A stretch of DNA of 54,518 bases from a candidate division WOR-3 bacterium (GCA_027053075.1 JALUEE010000023.1:1-54518); one strand, 5' to 3'; positions 19,041 through 29,697 are shown, numbered from the stretch's first letter. A program made the numbers and translations. The notes: generated from the letters alone by a model not told the origin.

Positions 19041-19782
19041 CGAGCTCATACTCATAGGACTTTTATTGACCGGCATCCTCAGCGCATACAATGAGCTAAC
19101 GGATATTTATTTTGAAAAGCAGCCGGGATTTGCTGAAATTATGCTAAAATTCAGACAGGAAGTGGAAATCTACAGAAACTACATGGAGAAGAACAAGGTG
19201 GTCCTCTTTTTCTCCTACATGGATTACTTCAAAGACCTGAGGAAGATCGATGTAAACACGGCCAATGTAAAATACATTTCCATCAAGCCCGGGAAAAACC
19301 ACACACTTAAAGTCATAATCGTGGAAAAAGAAAGAAGCGACTATAAGGTAGAAACCGTGGGCAACATTATGACGGTAAGAATTTTCCCGCCCAAATTGAC
19401 AAAGGAAAAGCCAGAAAGTGTCGCTGTCCTGCCACAGATACAGCCTTCAACGATAAAGCAAATTCTTCATCTAAAAACTGTAAGATACCAGACATATGGG
19501 AAGCCGGACATATTTAAAACTTTGATAAACGAAAAGGCGGATTCATTGCTCCTCGATCCGCTGACAGCAAAACTGGTGGGCGTGATAATGAAGGGAAGGC
19601 ACAAATTGGGCATCTTCGAGGACAGGTCCAAGAAAACCTTTATCCTTAAAGAGGGAGCAAGGGTGAAAAACGGGAAACTATGGAAATTAACGGAAAATCA
19701 GGCAATTTTCCTTGTCGGCTTGCGTGGATACGCAAGAACTATTAGAATTAAGCTAAAAAACCCGATGGAAGCAATTCGATGA
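19027..19782 (+). CDS. AMIN-like plus PilP-like protein
   Basis: Signal peptide; lies between pilO and pilQ; YQTYGKPDIF and KLVGVI..GIFED..FILKEG resemble PilP. Confidence 0.55.
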   Translation: MKVNSELILIGLLLTGILSAYNELTDIYFEKQPGFAEIMLKFRQEVEIYRNYMEKNKVVLFFSYMDYFKDLRKIDVNTANVKYISIKPGKNHTLKVIIVEKERSDYKVETVGNIMTVRIFPPKLTKEKPESVAVLPQIQPSTIKQILHLKTVRYQTYGKPDIFKTLINEKADSLLLDPLTAKLVGVIMKGRHKLGIFEDRSKKTFILKEGARVKNGKLWKLTENQAIFLVGLRGYARTIRIKLKNPMEAIR

Positions 19783-20981
19783 AAATTTTAAAGGTTTTAT
19801 TACTCATACTGGCGTTCTCATTCACCACACTTAATGCGGTCAATAATAATGCACTTGTTACATTGAATGTGGAGAATGCGAACGTTAAAGACGTCTTAAG
19901 GGCACTGGCCCAGATAGCAGGAGCCAATATTGTCCTATCGAAAGATGTGAACGGGACTGTTACACTCAGTTTATACAAAGTACCCTGGAGGACCGCACTC
20001 GGAATAGTAACTGAGGCGGCAGGACTGAGTTATCAGGAAAAAGACGGCATTATCACTATTACCTCAAAGGCAGAATACGAGACTATAAAGTCGCTTGCAA
20101 AACTACAGACTATCGTTGTAAGTCTGAAGTACGCCAAGGCCAAAGAAGTTCAGGGAATTCTTGAGAAAAAGCTATCCGAGAGGGGAAGTCTCGAAATTGA
20201 TCAACGTACAAATTCCATCATTGTCACAGACCTTCCAGATGTTATAAAGGACATAAAGAACCTGATAAAAATGGTTGATGTACCAAACAAACAGGTCATG
20301 ATTTCTGCAAGAATTGTGGAAGTAGACTACGATGCAGCGAAACAGCTCGGGATTAACTGGTCAATAGGGAACGTCCTCGATACCCTTGCCAAAACGCGGG
20401 CCGGTGTAAGTGTAATAGCGGGAGGCGAGGGTGAATCCGGTTTGCTGATAAAATTTGGAAAGGTACTGCCAACATACGACATTAATGCGGTTTTAAACCA
20501 GCTCGAAAGTGAGAGTAAGGCCAATATTCTATCTGAGCCCAAAATCATGGTCGAGGATAACCAGAAGGCCATGATTTCATCGGGTAAAATGATTCCGGTG
20601 ATAATGAGGGATCAGGCCGGAAATCCAGTTGTAACATTCTACGATGCTACCTTAAAGCTGTCAGTTACTCCGCACATAAGCCCCAACAACGAAATTACCA
20701 TGGAGCTTGAGCCGCAGGTTGGCGATATCGCAGGTATTCTGCAGGGGTCTTCAAGCCCCATCATTTCACTCCAGAGGGCACATACTGTTTTGAGAGTCAA
20801 GGACGGGCAAACTGTTGTTATCGGAGGTGTTTTAAAAACAAGGTCCACAGTGGGTCATCAGGGAGTTCCTTTCATAAGTAAATTACCGGTTATAGGCTCT
20901 CTCTTTGGCTCCAGAGCCACGTCAACGGAGAAAAAGGAGATATTAATTTTCGTTACACCGCGGATAGTGGCCAATGAATAG
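19779..20981 (+). CDS. pilQ: Type IV pilus secretin PilQ (short form)
   Basis: VTLSLYKVPW, IDQRTNSIIV, QVMISARIVE, LSVTPHI, DGQTVVIGG, GVPFISKLPVIGSLF, LIFVTPRI. Confidence 0.93.
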   Translation: MKILKVLLLILAFSFTTLNAVNNNALVTLNVENANVKDVLRALAQIAGANIVLSKDVNGTVTLSLYKVPWRTALGIVTEAAGLSYQEKDGIITITSKAEYETIKSLAKLQTIVVSLKYAKAKEVQGILEKKLSERGSLEIDQRTNSIIVTDLPDVIKDIKNLIKMVDVPNKQVMISARIVEVDYDAAKQLGINWSIGNVLDTLAKTRAGVSVIAGGEGESGLLIKFGKVLPTYDINAVLNQLESESKANILSEPKIMVEDNQKAMISSGKMIPVIMRDQAGNPVVTFYDATLKLSVTPHISPNNEITMELEPQVGDIAGILQGSSSPIISLQRAHTVLRVKDGQTVVIGGVLKTRSTVGHQGVPFISKLPVIGSLFGSRATSTEKKEILIFVTPRIVANE

Positions 20982-23900
20982 AGTGATTCTGGCAATTTTT
21001 TTTATACTGCCTTTTTTTCTGAGGGCACAGACAGATTCCATTCCACCTGTAATTACCGGTCTTTATGTTAATCCCAATCCAGTTTCACCTAATAACGATG
21101 GCCGAAATGACACCACAAAAATAGGCTTCGTGCTCTCAGAACCCGCCAACGTAACCATTGAAGTGGTGAATACGGTGCCAGCTTATCCAGTTTCTGGCAC
21201 TGTTCTTTTTAACTCCTTCCTAAATTCCGGGCATTTTGAGTATGCATGGGATGGGAAAATTGCAGGGCAAATTTACAACGCCACTTTTTATTTAGAGATA
21301 TTTGCTGAGGATACGGCCGGGAATTATTCTGATACAACGGTATTTTCGGTCGTGGTAGACACAACCATGCCATTAATTCCTTACGTATCTGTTTCGCCCA
21401 ACCCATTTTCTCCCAATAATGACGGCGTGAATGACTATGCCAATTTTCAGATAACGGTGGATAAAACTCACCCCGATGAATATGACACCCTTATGCTGCC
21501 TGATGCGCGGATCGCGACTCTCGTTGTTACCCAGAACTCGTTCGTACTCTATCAGAATATCAATGGGCATGTGGATACTCTTATTGTGAATGGCAACGTG
21601 GTCGGGACCCCCTCATTTCCTCCATTCCCTGTCTACTTTGCGGTTAGAGCCGATCACATGACCGTAGAATCGTTCAATATCGGCTTTAAAGATTGGGGAA
21701 GCAGGAGTGTCACTGTTACAGTTCCCGGACGCCCCCCTGACCTTGTAAGGGTGGGAGATTTAACAAATAAGATGACTGCTGCCTCACTCCTCTCTGTATG
21801 GGCAGCGGACAGTTTACAGGAACCAACAGATGAAGTTCAAATAGGAATCTACGCTTTTACAGGGAATCTGAGTCTGAACATCTATGACGAGCAGGGTGCC
21901 CTTGTTAACACTGTAAATTTCTGGGAAAGTTTTCGAGGAGATGGCGGTTACCTTTATCAATGGGGACCAGGCCCATTGCCCGATGGGCGCTACACCTACG
22001 ACATCCAGCTTGAGGATGAAGCAGGAAATATAAAACATGTTGGCGGGGAAATTATAGCAAATTCTGTTCCTACAACCGTTGGCAATATTTTCACCAATCC
22101 TCCAAAGATTTCACCGGCCAACCAGGACGGCATATTTGATGTAACCGAGATCAGGTACTCTATTTCCGAGGAGGCTGTAGTAAACATCAAACTTTACAAC
22201 TCGACGACGCGTTTTGATTCCACTACCTATGTCGCTACTCTGCTCGACAATACCCAGCAGACCGGTGGCGAGCATTCTCTGAGATTTAACGGAATGGTAA
22301 ACAATCATTTCCTGGCGGAAAACTCGGATAGCACGTACGCCATAGTAATTACCGCATACGACCCGTATACTGGTGACGCAGACCAAGGCGTTGGTACAAT
22401 TGAGATTGACAACGCAGGGCCTTCTTACATTCAGCTCGATACCCTTGCCATTCCGCATATTACAAATTCACCTGAAGACACTGTGGTGGGCTATACAGAA
22501 CCTGCATCTCTCGTCAAAATTTACAAAAATGGAATCCTCGCCGGGCAGGTGTACGCCGATTCTGTCTCCGGTAGATTTGAGCTACCTGTGGGATTTGAAA
22601 TCGGAGACACGGCTATTTTTGCTATCGCCTTTGATGATGTAATGAATCCGGGGGACACTTCAAACGTCCTTAGATTTATCTATGACCCTGTACCGCCATT
22701 CATTACTGGCACATACCCGCCTGCAAGAAGCTATCAAAGCAATCCCATAGATACACTATGGGCAGTTGTCAGCGACAATATTTCAGGGGTAAACAAGGAT
22801 ACATTTGACATATCTCTCCTCTTCAACACCCAGTCTTTGCCCGAAGATACGTCATTCTTTTCATCTGACACACTCTTCCTCGTACTTCAAAATCCAATAC
22901 TGCCCCACTCGGGCATGGATGGTGTATATTCGCTGGTGATTGATGTTTTTGATTCTGCAGGGAATGAGACCCGCGATACCATAGATTTTACCTTCGACAG
23001 CGAGAGTCCTTCGGTGAGAATAGAACCCGCTGGGGGCTCAATCGTTAGCAGGCTTGATACAATTAAAATCTTTGTCATTGACTCATTAAGTGGTGTTTAC
23101 AGAGACAGTACATCAGTTTCGCTAATTGGCCCTTCAGGGAATGTAAGCGGGGAAACCGTGTTTGAATCGGATACTTTTTTCTATTTCTATCCAGACCCTC
23201 CTTTACCGAGGAACGGTGTTGCCGATGGTCACTACCAGCTAATTTTAAAAGTTTTTGATCAGGCAATGAATTCCACTGTGGACACATTTTTGTTAACCTA
23301 TGACACTCAACCACCTGCAGTGGATACGTCCATCCCGGCAAATGGTCAGACACTCGCCAATTCACAGCTTGACAGCATTGTAGTTGTTTTCACCGACAAT
23401 GTCTCAGGAGTTAATCTTGATGTTGCAAGGGCCGCTCTGTTCCGTGACACTATACCCGTGGGTGGGCACTATGTTTATAGATACCCTGACACCTTAATCT
23501 TTTATCCTCAAACGCTGAAGGATGAACCTGTTCGAAAAATTTCAAAACCTTTGATTTTTAATGAAAGATTTGCCCTCCACCTTATTCCTCCCACGCACAA
23601 AGTGCGTGGGGGAAGGATAGGAGGGAGGAATTTTCGAACAGGCTCGCTGAAGGATGCAAAATCACTGACAGATGGCCGTTATAGACTTGAATTTTATGTT
23701 GCAGACAGCGCTGGTAATAGTCTTTCAGATTCCATCAGATTTAGAATTGATACATCACCGCCAGCCCTTCTCTATGCCTTTCCTTCACCGAATACCATGC
23801 TGCGTGATACTCTGGATTCACTTGTGTTTTATGTGAAGGACACAGGATGTGGCGTTGAAAGTGTTGGCGTGACTTTGACTGCACCGGATAGCTCTGTAAT

Positions 23901-25872
23901 GCCCGGCGCCCTATTAAACAGTGGAGACACACTCTTTTATTTCATGCCCAATTCGGCGTTAATCCCTAATGGTGCAATGGATGGACTATACCGGATCAGA
24001 CTCGTTTTGATGGATAGTATCGGGAACACAGTCACCGACACAATCAATTTTCTCTATGACAACATATCACCACAGATAATTTACACGCGGCCGGATTCCG
24101 GAGATACGGGAGTCGTGCTTCGAGACAGTGTTTTTGCTTTGATCTCTGACCTGAGGCCCGGGATTGACACGACTTCTGGAATTGACTTCACACGGAGTCA
24201 CATATTCCTCCTCTACCCCGACTCAACAGCGGTTCCAGGCAGGTCGAGTATTGACAACCACGGGGATGGCACATACACCTTTTCATGGGTAATAGATTCC
24301 TCTGCCAGAATCTATGGTGGCACATACACACTTAGAATCATACTCTTTGACAGAGCCCTGAACTATCGTGAGAAAGTTATCACTTTTGACGTAACAGCCA
24401 TTGAGCCCGTGGTAATCAGTGTCTTTCCGACAAACGGGGCTTATGTAAACTCTGTGGACAGTGTTTTTGCACTGATTTACGATAGAACAGGCAGTGGTGT
24501 GGACACATCTACAGCAATTCAATTAATATCACCGGGGGGACAGATTCTTCCCGGTACAAAATCATTTTCAGGGAATGACACCCTGAGGTATGTGATTCTC
24601 CATCTCTTACAACCTTTGAATGCTCTAGGAGTTTACACGCTTAGGGTTACACCAGTCTCAAGAAGCGGTGTCAGAGGTTCAACTTTCTCATCTTCATTCA
24701 CATTTGATAATCAACCACCTGTGGTCTCTTCAGTTTATCCCACCGGTGAAATTTACACATCTGTTCCCCGATGCTGGATCGTATTCTCAGATTTCACAGG
24801 CTTAAACGAGCACGCATCATCTATCTATGTGACACACGCGGGAGACACGTTACCAGGAAATCAATCTTTCGTGGGTGACACACTATTCTTTGACCTCACT
24901 CCCCCAGCGTCTCAGGAAGGACAGTATGAGGTTCGTTACAATTTAACTGATCTGGCCGGAAATATATTGTCCGACTCATTCTCATTCACGATTTCGCCAC
25001 CTGTTTTCTATGCTACAGAGCCAGCACAGAATGACACCGTGCGGACACAGCTTACCCATGTGACTGTTTATATCAGGCCACGGACAGGTACAGTTTCCCG
25101 GTGGAGTCTGTATCTGACAAGAGGAACAAACGATACCATACCCGGTGATTCTTCGAGACTGGATGACACGACTTTCACATATGTTCTTGCAAATCCCCTT
25201 GCCACTGATGGAAGCGACAATGGCCCTTACACCATACACTTCAGCGTAACACTCGACAATGGACTCTCATACAACGGAGCATCAGGTTTTTACTACCTTT
25301 GCGACAACGTGCCACCAATGCGGCCTGAGTTGACCGATACCCTTCCCCCAAGAACTACAAGCACCACAATCACATTGAGGGGGAAAGGCGAGCCAGGCGC
25401 CAGGGTTTTTGTGTCAGTAAATTCAACTCTCGAAGATTCCCAGGTAGTTAATGCAGATTCATCGTGGATTTTCCAGAGTATTTCTCTCACCTTTGGCCAG
25501 ACAAACTTCATTGATATTTTTGAAAGGGATGAAGCTGGCAATTTCAGCGATACCTTGAGGATTTCCATTTACTGTGGAAATCCTGTTTTTGATGTTCAGC
25601 CATCCAAGCCTTTCAATACCCTGAGCCACGAGTTCCTCATTTCCCTTCCACAGAATGCCAAGGTTGTGCTTGAAATCTACACTATGGATGGCAACAGGGT
25701 TTATCGAAAGGCCATGAACATGCAAGCCGGGAACTATAGGCCTTTTAGCTGGAATTTAAAGGATGATGAAGGTAAAAGTGTAAACAACGGAGTTTACCTC
25801 TATGTCGTGAAAGTTATTTATCCAAATGGTAAAGAGGAGGTCAAAAAAGGTCTTATAGCGGTGCTGAGATGA
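20974..25872 (+). CDS. Giant secreted Ig-like repeat protein with FlgD-Ig domains and T9SS-like C-terminal domain
   Basis: Signal peptide; PNPFSPNNDG motifs; many D-x-AGN / DTxPP Ig repeats; C-terminus WNLKDDEG..NGVYLY..KGLIAVLR. Confidence 0.8.
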   Translation: MNRVILAIFFILPFFLRAQTDSIPPVITGLYVNPNPVSPNNDGRNDTTKIGFVLSEPANVTIEVVNTVPAYPVSGTVLFNSFLNSGHFEYAWDGKIAGQIYNATFYLEIFAEDTAGNYSDTTVFSVVVDTTMPLIPYVSVSPNPFSPNNDGVNDYANFQITVDKTHPDEYDTLMLPDARIATLVVTQNSFVLYQNINGHVDTLIVNGNVVGTPSFPPFPVYFAVRADHMTVESFNIGFKDWGSRSVTVTVPGRPPDLVRVGDLTNKMTAASLLSVWAADSLQEPTDEVQIGIYAFTGNLSLNIYDEQGALVNTVNFWESFRGDGGYLYQWGPGPLPDGRYTYDIQLEDEAGNIKHVGGEIIANSVPTTVGNIFTNPPKISPANQDGIFDVTEIRYSISEEAVVNIKLYNSTTRFDSTTYVATLLDNTQQTGGEHSLRFNGMVNNHFLAENSDSTYAIVITAYDPYTGDADQGVGTIEIDNAGPSYIQLDTLAIPHITNSPEDTVVGYTEPASLVKIYKNGILAGQVYADSVSGRFELPVGFEIGDTAIFAIAFDDVMNPGDTSNVLRFIYDPVPPFITGTYPPARSYQSNPIDTLWAVVSDNISGVNKDTFDISLLFNTQSLPEDTSFFSSDTLFLVLQNPILPHSGMDGVYSLVIDVFDSAGNETRDTIDFTFDSESPSVRIEPAGGSIVSRLDTIKIFVIDSLSGVYRDSTSVSLIGPSGNVSGETVFESDTFFYFYPDPPLPRNGVADGHYQLILKVFDQAMNSTVDTFLLTYDTQPPAVDTSIPANGQTLANSQLDSIVVVFTDNVSGVNLDVARAALFRDTIPVGGHYVYRYPDTLIFYPQTLKDEPVRKISKPLIFNERFALHLIPPTHKVRGGRIGGRNFRTGSLKDAKSLTDGRYRLEFYVADSAGNSLSDSIRFRIDTSPPALLYAFPSPNTMLRDTLDSLVFYVKDTGCGVESVGVTLTAPDSSVMPGALLNSGDTLFYFMPNSALIPNGAMDGLYRIRLVLMDSIGNTVTDTINFLYDNISPQIIYTRPDSGDTGVVLRDSVFALISDLRPGIDTTSGIDFTRSHIFLLYPDSTAVPGRSSIDNHGDGTYTFSWVIDSSARIYGGTYTLRIILFDRALNYREKVITFDVTAIEPVVISVFPTNGAYVNSVDSVFALIYDRTGSGVDTSTAIQLISPGGQILPGTKSFSGNDTLRYVILHLLQPLNALGVYTLRVTPVSRSGVRGSTFSSSFTFDNQPPVVSSVYPTGEIYTSVPRCWIVFSDFTGLNEHASSIYVTHAGDTLPGNQSFVGDTLFFDLTPPASQEGQYEVRYNLTDLAGNILSDSFSFTISPPVFYATEPAQNDTVRTQLTHVTVYIRPRTGTVSRWSLYLTRGTNDTIPGDSSRLDDTTFTYVLANPLATDGSDNGPYTIHFSVTLDNGLSYNGASGFYYLCDNVPPMRPELTDTLPPRTTSTTITLRGKGEPGARVFVSVNSTLEDSQVVNADSSWIFQSISLTFGQTNFIDIFERDEAGNFSDTLRISIYCGNPVFDVQPSKPFNTLSHEFLISLPQNAKVVLEIYTMDGNRVYRKAMNMQAGNYRPFSWNLKDDEGKSVNNGVYLYVVKVIYPNGKEEVKKGLIAVLR
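23524..23645. mobile_element. 122-bp MITE (family A) inserted in-frame in the giant gene
   Basis: TIRs GAACCTGTTCGAAAA / TTTTCGAACAGGCTC. Perfect 10-bp duplication GCTGAAGGAT at 23514-23523 and 23646-23655. Confidence 0.95.
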
Positions 25873-26732
25873 AGAAGTTTTTATTGATACTCATAGCGTT
25901 TGGTCTTCATGCGGGTACATTTGACATGGTGAATTTTGACCCACGCGTGCTTGCCATGGGAGGAGTTTCGGTGTTTAATGTTTATTCCGGTGGAGGTATC
26001 ATCACAAATCCCGCGAATGCAGGTTATTTCAAAGGCAAAGAGTTCACAGCTATGTTTGGAAAATTAAGCGACTTCCCGGTTTATAATGGGCTTATCAACT
26101 ACGATGTTGAAGACAATGGGGTCGCTGCCGGTGGGCTCTACTGGCAATACTCGGGCTACAGGCTCTATGACAACGAGTACAACTGGTCTGAAAACATGAT
26201 TGGATATGCCATCGGGAAGAAATTTAGCTGGCACTTAAGCCTTGGAATGGGGATTAAAATTCTCTCCGTGGGGTCAAATTTTGGAAAAGGGAAGGCCTTT
26301 GGGGGTTCAATAGATGTAGGGGCAACAGGAGATGTTCTTGGGTCATTTTTCTGGGGTGTGAGTTTGAAAAACCTGTACTCTCGCCTGAAGTGGGATACGG
26401 GCAGAAAAGAAAAGCTCCCTATGGAGTTAAATCTGGGCTTTGGTTTTCTCAATCTATGGGATAGGTTTTCGGCCGGTCTTGAGCTCAAAACAAAGAATGG
26501 CATTGAATCGGTGGGGTTTGGAACAGAGTTTTGGGTAGTTAAGGGCTGGTTTGCGATAAGGGGCGGGGCCATCCAAAAGATTGTCGAGCCATCGAGAACG
26601 ATTCCAACAGCCGGATTTACCGTATCTGTACCTTCCGGCAAAAATGTGATCTCGATTAATTATGGCTCCTCTTTTGATCAGCAGATCATAGGCTTCACCC
26701 ACCGCTTATCACTAAATATATACCGGTATTAA
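25869..26732 (+). CDS. PorV/PorP-like outer-membrane beta-barrel protein
   Basis: Signal peptide; RVLAMGG and NPA N-terminal motifs; alternating beta strands; HRLSL C-terminus. Confidence 0.7.
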   Translation: MKKFLLILIAFGLHAGTFDMVNFDPRVLAMGGVSVFNVYSGGGIITNPANAGYFKGKEFTAMFGKLSDFPVYNGLINYDVEDNGVAAGGLYWQYSGYRLYDNEYNWSENMIGYAIGKKFSWHLSLGMGIKILSVGSNFGKGKAFGGSIDVGATGDVLGSFFWGVSLKNLYSRLKWDTGRKEKLPMELNLGFGFLNLWDRFSAGLELKTKNGIESVGFGTEFWVVKGWFAIRGGAIQKIVEPSRTIPTAGFTVSVPSGKNVISINYGSSFDQQIIGFTHRLSLNIYRY

Positions 26733-26813
26733 TCAGAGAAGTCTATTAAATCTTTTGATTTCTACACTAACGACGCGTGTGAGAATATCCGTACCTTATG
26801 CAAGGTAACCAAG

Positions 26814-26899
26814 AACTAACGGCTGGCGGGTATCTGAAGGCGCCGAAGGCGATTTGGGTGAAGGTATTAAAACCCAAACCGGATACCCACTTGATAGGC
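26814..26899 (-). other. Integron attC-like recombination site
   Basis: Minus strand GCCTATC (R'') .. GGGTATC .. TTTGGGT/ACCCAAA .. GATACCC .. GTTAGTT (R'), an imperfect 86-bp palindrome starting 12 bp after the stop codon. Confidence 0.75.
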
Positions 26900-26911
26900 G
26901 AATTTGCCACC

Positions 26912-28513
26912 TCAATTACTACCTTGCCGAAATTTGTTCTGAAGTTTTTTTAAATATTTTTTTATTTCTCTATTAAGGCTTTTCAGTTTCTTCCCGTTAT
27001 TAGAAAATTCATCAAATAACATATCCATGTTCTCGACTGTATCTTTACACAAAGAATAAAATATATTCTCAAGAAACGGGATGACAGAATTTATTAAAGA
27101 ATTTCTTGTATTTTCCCAGCTATTGATATAAACTTCAAATTCATGAGCAAAAGTTTCTATTATTTCCCGTTCATTTTCACCTCTTAGCCATTCCCAGATC
27201 ACAGATCCAGCCCAGCCTATTGGCCCAAGCAGAAATCCACCCAAAAAGCCTTCAACTCCCCACCTTGCAAAATCTATCCACGGATTTCTTGTAAGAATCT
27301 TTCTATACTTTGGATAATCACTTAATAGTTTTTTTCTCAAGGATTCAAGTTCTTTCATATTTTCAAAATATGGCTCAATAACAGACAATATTCTTTGATT
27401 GAGTCTTTTTTGAAAATCGTATCCTAAATGAGTTTGTAAATCTATACCAACAGAGTCTGGCAAATATTTACTAATAATCTTATCAATCAATGCATTAACG
27501 AAATTAACATAATCTTCAGTAATATTAAAACAACTTATCTTTATTTCAGAGGAACAGTCGGCAGAAATTTGTAATGATTGCCAAATAATGGTAGCGACTT
27601 CTTCACTTGCCATTCCTTCATTCTCGTTAAATGGACTTAAAATGTTTTCTAAACTTTCGTATCTTTCAAGAAAAGGATTAATGGGGGAATAAAGTCTTTC
27701 ATTTAGGATAAAGCTATTATAAATAAACTCGGTTAAATTTTGTTTTAATTCAGGTTTGACTTTTTCGTTTTTTATTCTCAATTTATCATTAATACCCGTC
27801 TTAATATAATTCTGGTTTGTTCCATAACGGTCTTTTCTCGAAAATGAATTGAAGGAAGCCAAAAAAGCAAGAATACTCACACCTAAACCTGCACTTAATA
27901 TTAACAAATTTCCCTTGAAAAAATGAAAATATATGGCTGTTCCTGTCAAAAGTGTAATCCCAATTAGAAGCCAGAAAATACCAGATACTTTATCCCTTTT
28001 AGACAATCTGGATAGTTGCTCTTCGTGCTGTTGGAGTCGACTTTCAATATTTCGGATCCTTTCATTATACTTATTTAGAATACGGAACAAATAACCTTTA
28101 ATCTGCTCATTTTGTATTTGTATATCCTCAATTCTCTGTAAGGCAAAGTATACAGATTGACTCATTAATTGGTTTTGCTCTGCCAACTTTTGCAGAAAAT
28201 ATATTGCACCTTTCTGAACTTTAAATAAATTTATTTTGTTTATTTTCTCTAATTTTCTATTCTTCCCTGTAATAGTTTTCCAGATTCTCTGAAACCATTT
28301 TTGATCTTTTATTTGCTCCAAATTTTCTTCTGAAACTGTCAGCAATCTCACAATCTCGTTTAAGCGTTCCTTTGATTCGTCAGAATTGGGATCAAATTCT
28401 TTTTTAAATTTAACAAAAGCGGACTCAAAAGAATGGATCAAATCCTGAGAAAGAGAAGGTCCTTTTATTATTTTTTCGATCTCATTGATAGAAATCTTGC
28501 TATCGTCATTCAA
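26912..28513 (-). CDS. Hypothetical coiled-coil membrane protein (cassette gene 3)
   Basis: 533 aa, TTG start with GAGGAG RBS. Long coiled coil, two central TM helices, Gly-rich hydrophobic hairpin near the C-terminus. AT-rich. Confidence 0.8.
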   Translation of the reverse strand: MNDDSKISINEIEKIIKGPSLSQDLIHSFESAFVKFKKEFDPNSDESKERLNEIVRLLTVSEENLEQIKDQKWFQRIWKTITGKNRKLEKINKINLFKVQKGAIYFLQKLAEQNQLMSQSVYFALQRIEDIQIQNEQIKGYLFRILNKYNERIRNIESRLQQHEEQLSRLSKRDKVSGIFWLLIGITLLTGTAIYFHFFKGNLLILSAGLGVSILAFLASFNSFSRKDRYGTNQNYIKTGINDKLRIKNEKVKPELKQNLTEFIYNSFILNERLYSPINPFLERYESLENILSPFNENEGMASEEVATIIWQSLQISADCSSEIKISCFNITEDYVNFVNALIDKIISKYLPDSVGIDLQTHLGYDFQKRLNQRILSVIEPYFENMKELESLRKKLLSDYPKYRKILTRNPWIDFARWGVEGFLGGFLLGPIGWAGSVIWEWLRGENEREIIETFAHEFEVYINSWENTRNSLINSVIPFLENIFYSLCKDTVENMDMLFDEFSNNGKKLKSLNREIKKYLKKLQNKFRQGSN

Positions 28514-28515
28514 TG

Positions 28516-29697
28516 TTAAATCTCCTCAATAATTTTATTTAATATTTCATCGGTCTCTTTTGAAATTTTATTGAGAATTTTCGAGCGCTGTTCAAACCGT
28601 ATCATGGAATTTAGAAACTGCCGCTGTATTTGAATCGCTTCGTCAGTTGTTAATGCAAAGTGCAATAAACCTTTTGATAAATCGTTAGTTATGTACATCT
28701 CCCTAACTACTCTTTCATAATCTCCCTTTCCATAAGCCAAATCTACTACCTTTCTAATACTTGTTCCAACTGCAATCCCAATTCCAATTCCTATGATTCC
28801 AGGAGGAAAAATTAAGGACAAACCTCCCATGATTCCCCCTACAATTGCTCTCCTTGAACCATCAACTGCGATGTTTTTAAATGCTTCATTCAGAGAGATT
28901 TCACCTCTACGATATAACAAGTAGTTATTAAGTGATGATATCCCAATGCCGATAACTGCTCCTATTAATGCTCCCTCACTTATTCTTCCAACAACATCTC
29001 CAAAAGTTATGTAACTCTTAAAATCACCCTGTTCAACAATCTTCATAAGTCTTTCGGCGGATTCTCTGTTATGCTCCACATTTCCATAAACCATAAGGGG
29101 GTTTTTGATATTCATCTCTTTTGCAACTTCAATTAATTCTTTAGGGCCTGACAAAACAATATGCTCGTTATAATTCGGATTATGCAGGAAATTGTCTATT
29201 GTTTGCTTTAATACATGTGGATCATTGCTCCAGTTGCTTTTTACTTGAATTTGTTGAACTATTTTTCCCGTAAAACGACTCTTTACAACAACATCAATGC
29301 CAGGAACATTACTTGTAATGTCTCCTGCACTATTTGTTGCATACTCTGCTTTATACAGTAAACCCTTTAATGATCCATTTATTGCTCTAACAACATCAAC
29401 CTCACCCGCACCATCTCCTTGCAATCTTCTAAAAATTTGGTCTAAATTATTAGGGTTAACTTCAAGGCGAGCATATAACCAATCTTTTGCACTTTGAGCA
29501 TCTTCAAAAATTCCACTTGCAGAAAATTTTCCTCCAAGTAACTTAGCAACCTCTAAATCTCTGATATATTGTTGAGCATTAGTAGTAATATAACCGTAAG
29601 CTGCTGCACTAGATGCAAAATCTATAAAGTTAATCAATCCGTCTTTACCAAGACTTTTTAAGTTCTGTGCTAGTTCTATATCTGAATTATTCTTCAT
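28516..29697 (-). CDS. Hypothetical protein with nuclease-like D..QxK motif and glycine-zipper membrane segments (cassette gene 2)
   Basis: 393 aa. GEVD..PGIDVV..QIQVKS; GALIGAVIGIG; GGIMGGLSLIFPPGIIGIGIGIAVG; C-terminal coiled coil. Confidence 0.75.
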   Translation of the reverse strand: MKNNSDIELAQNLKSLGKDGLINFIDFASSAAAYGYITTNAQQYIRDLEVAKLLGGKFSASGIFEDAQSAKDWLYARLEVNPNNLDQIFRRLQGDGAGEVDVVRAINGSLKGLLYKAEYATNSAGDITSNVPGIDVVVKSRFTGKIVQQIQVKSNWSNDPHVLKQTIDNFLHNPNYNEHIVLSGPKELIEVAKEMNIKNPLMVYGNVEHNRESAERLMKIVEQGDFKSYITFGDVVGRISEGALIGAVIGIGISSLNNYLLYRRGEISLNEAFKNIAVDGSRRAIVGGIMGGLSLIFPPGIIGIGIGIAVGTSIRKVVDLAYGKGDYERVVREMYITNDLSKGLLHFALTTDEAIQIQRQFLNSMIRFEQRSKILNKISKETDEILNKIIEEI

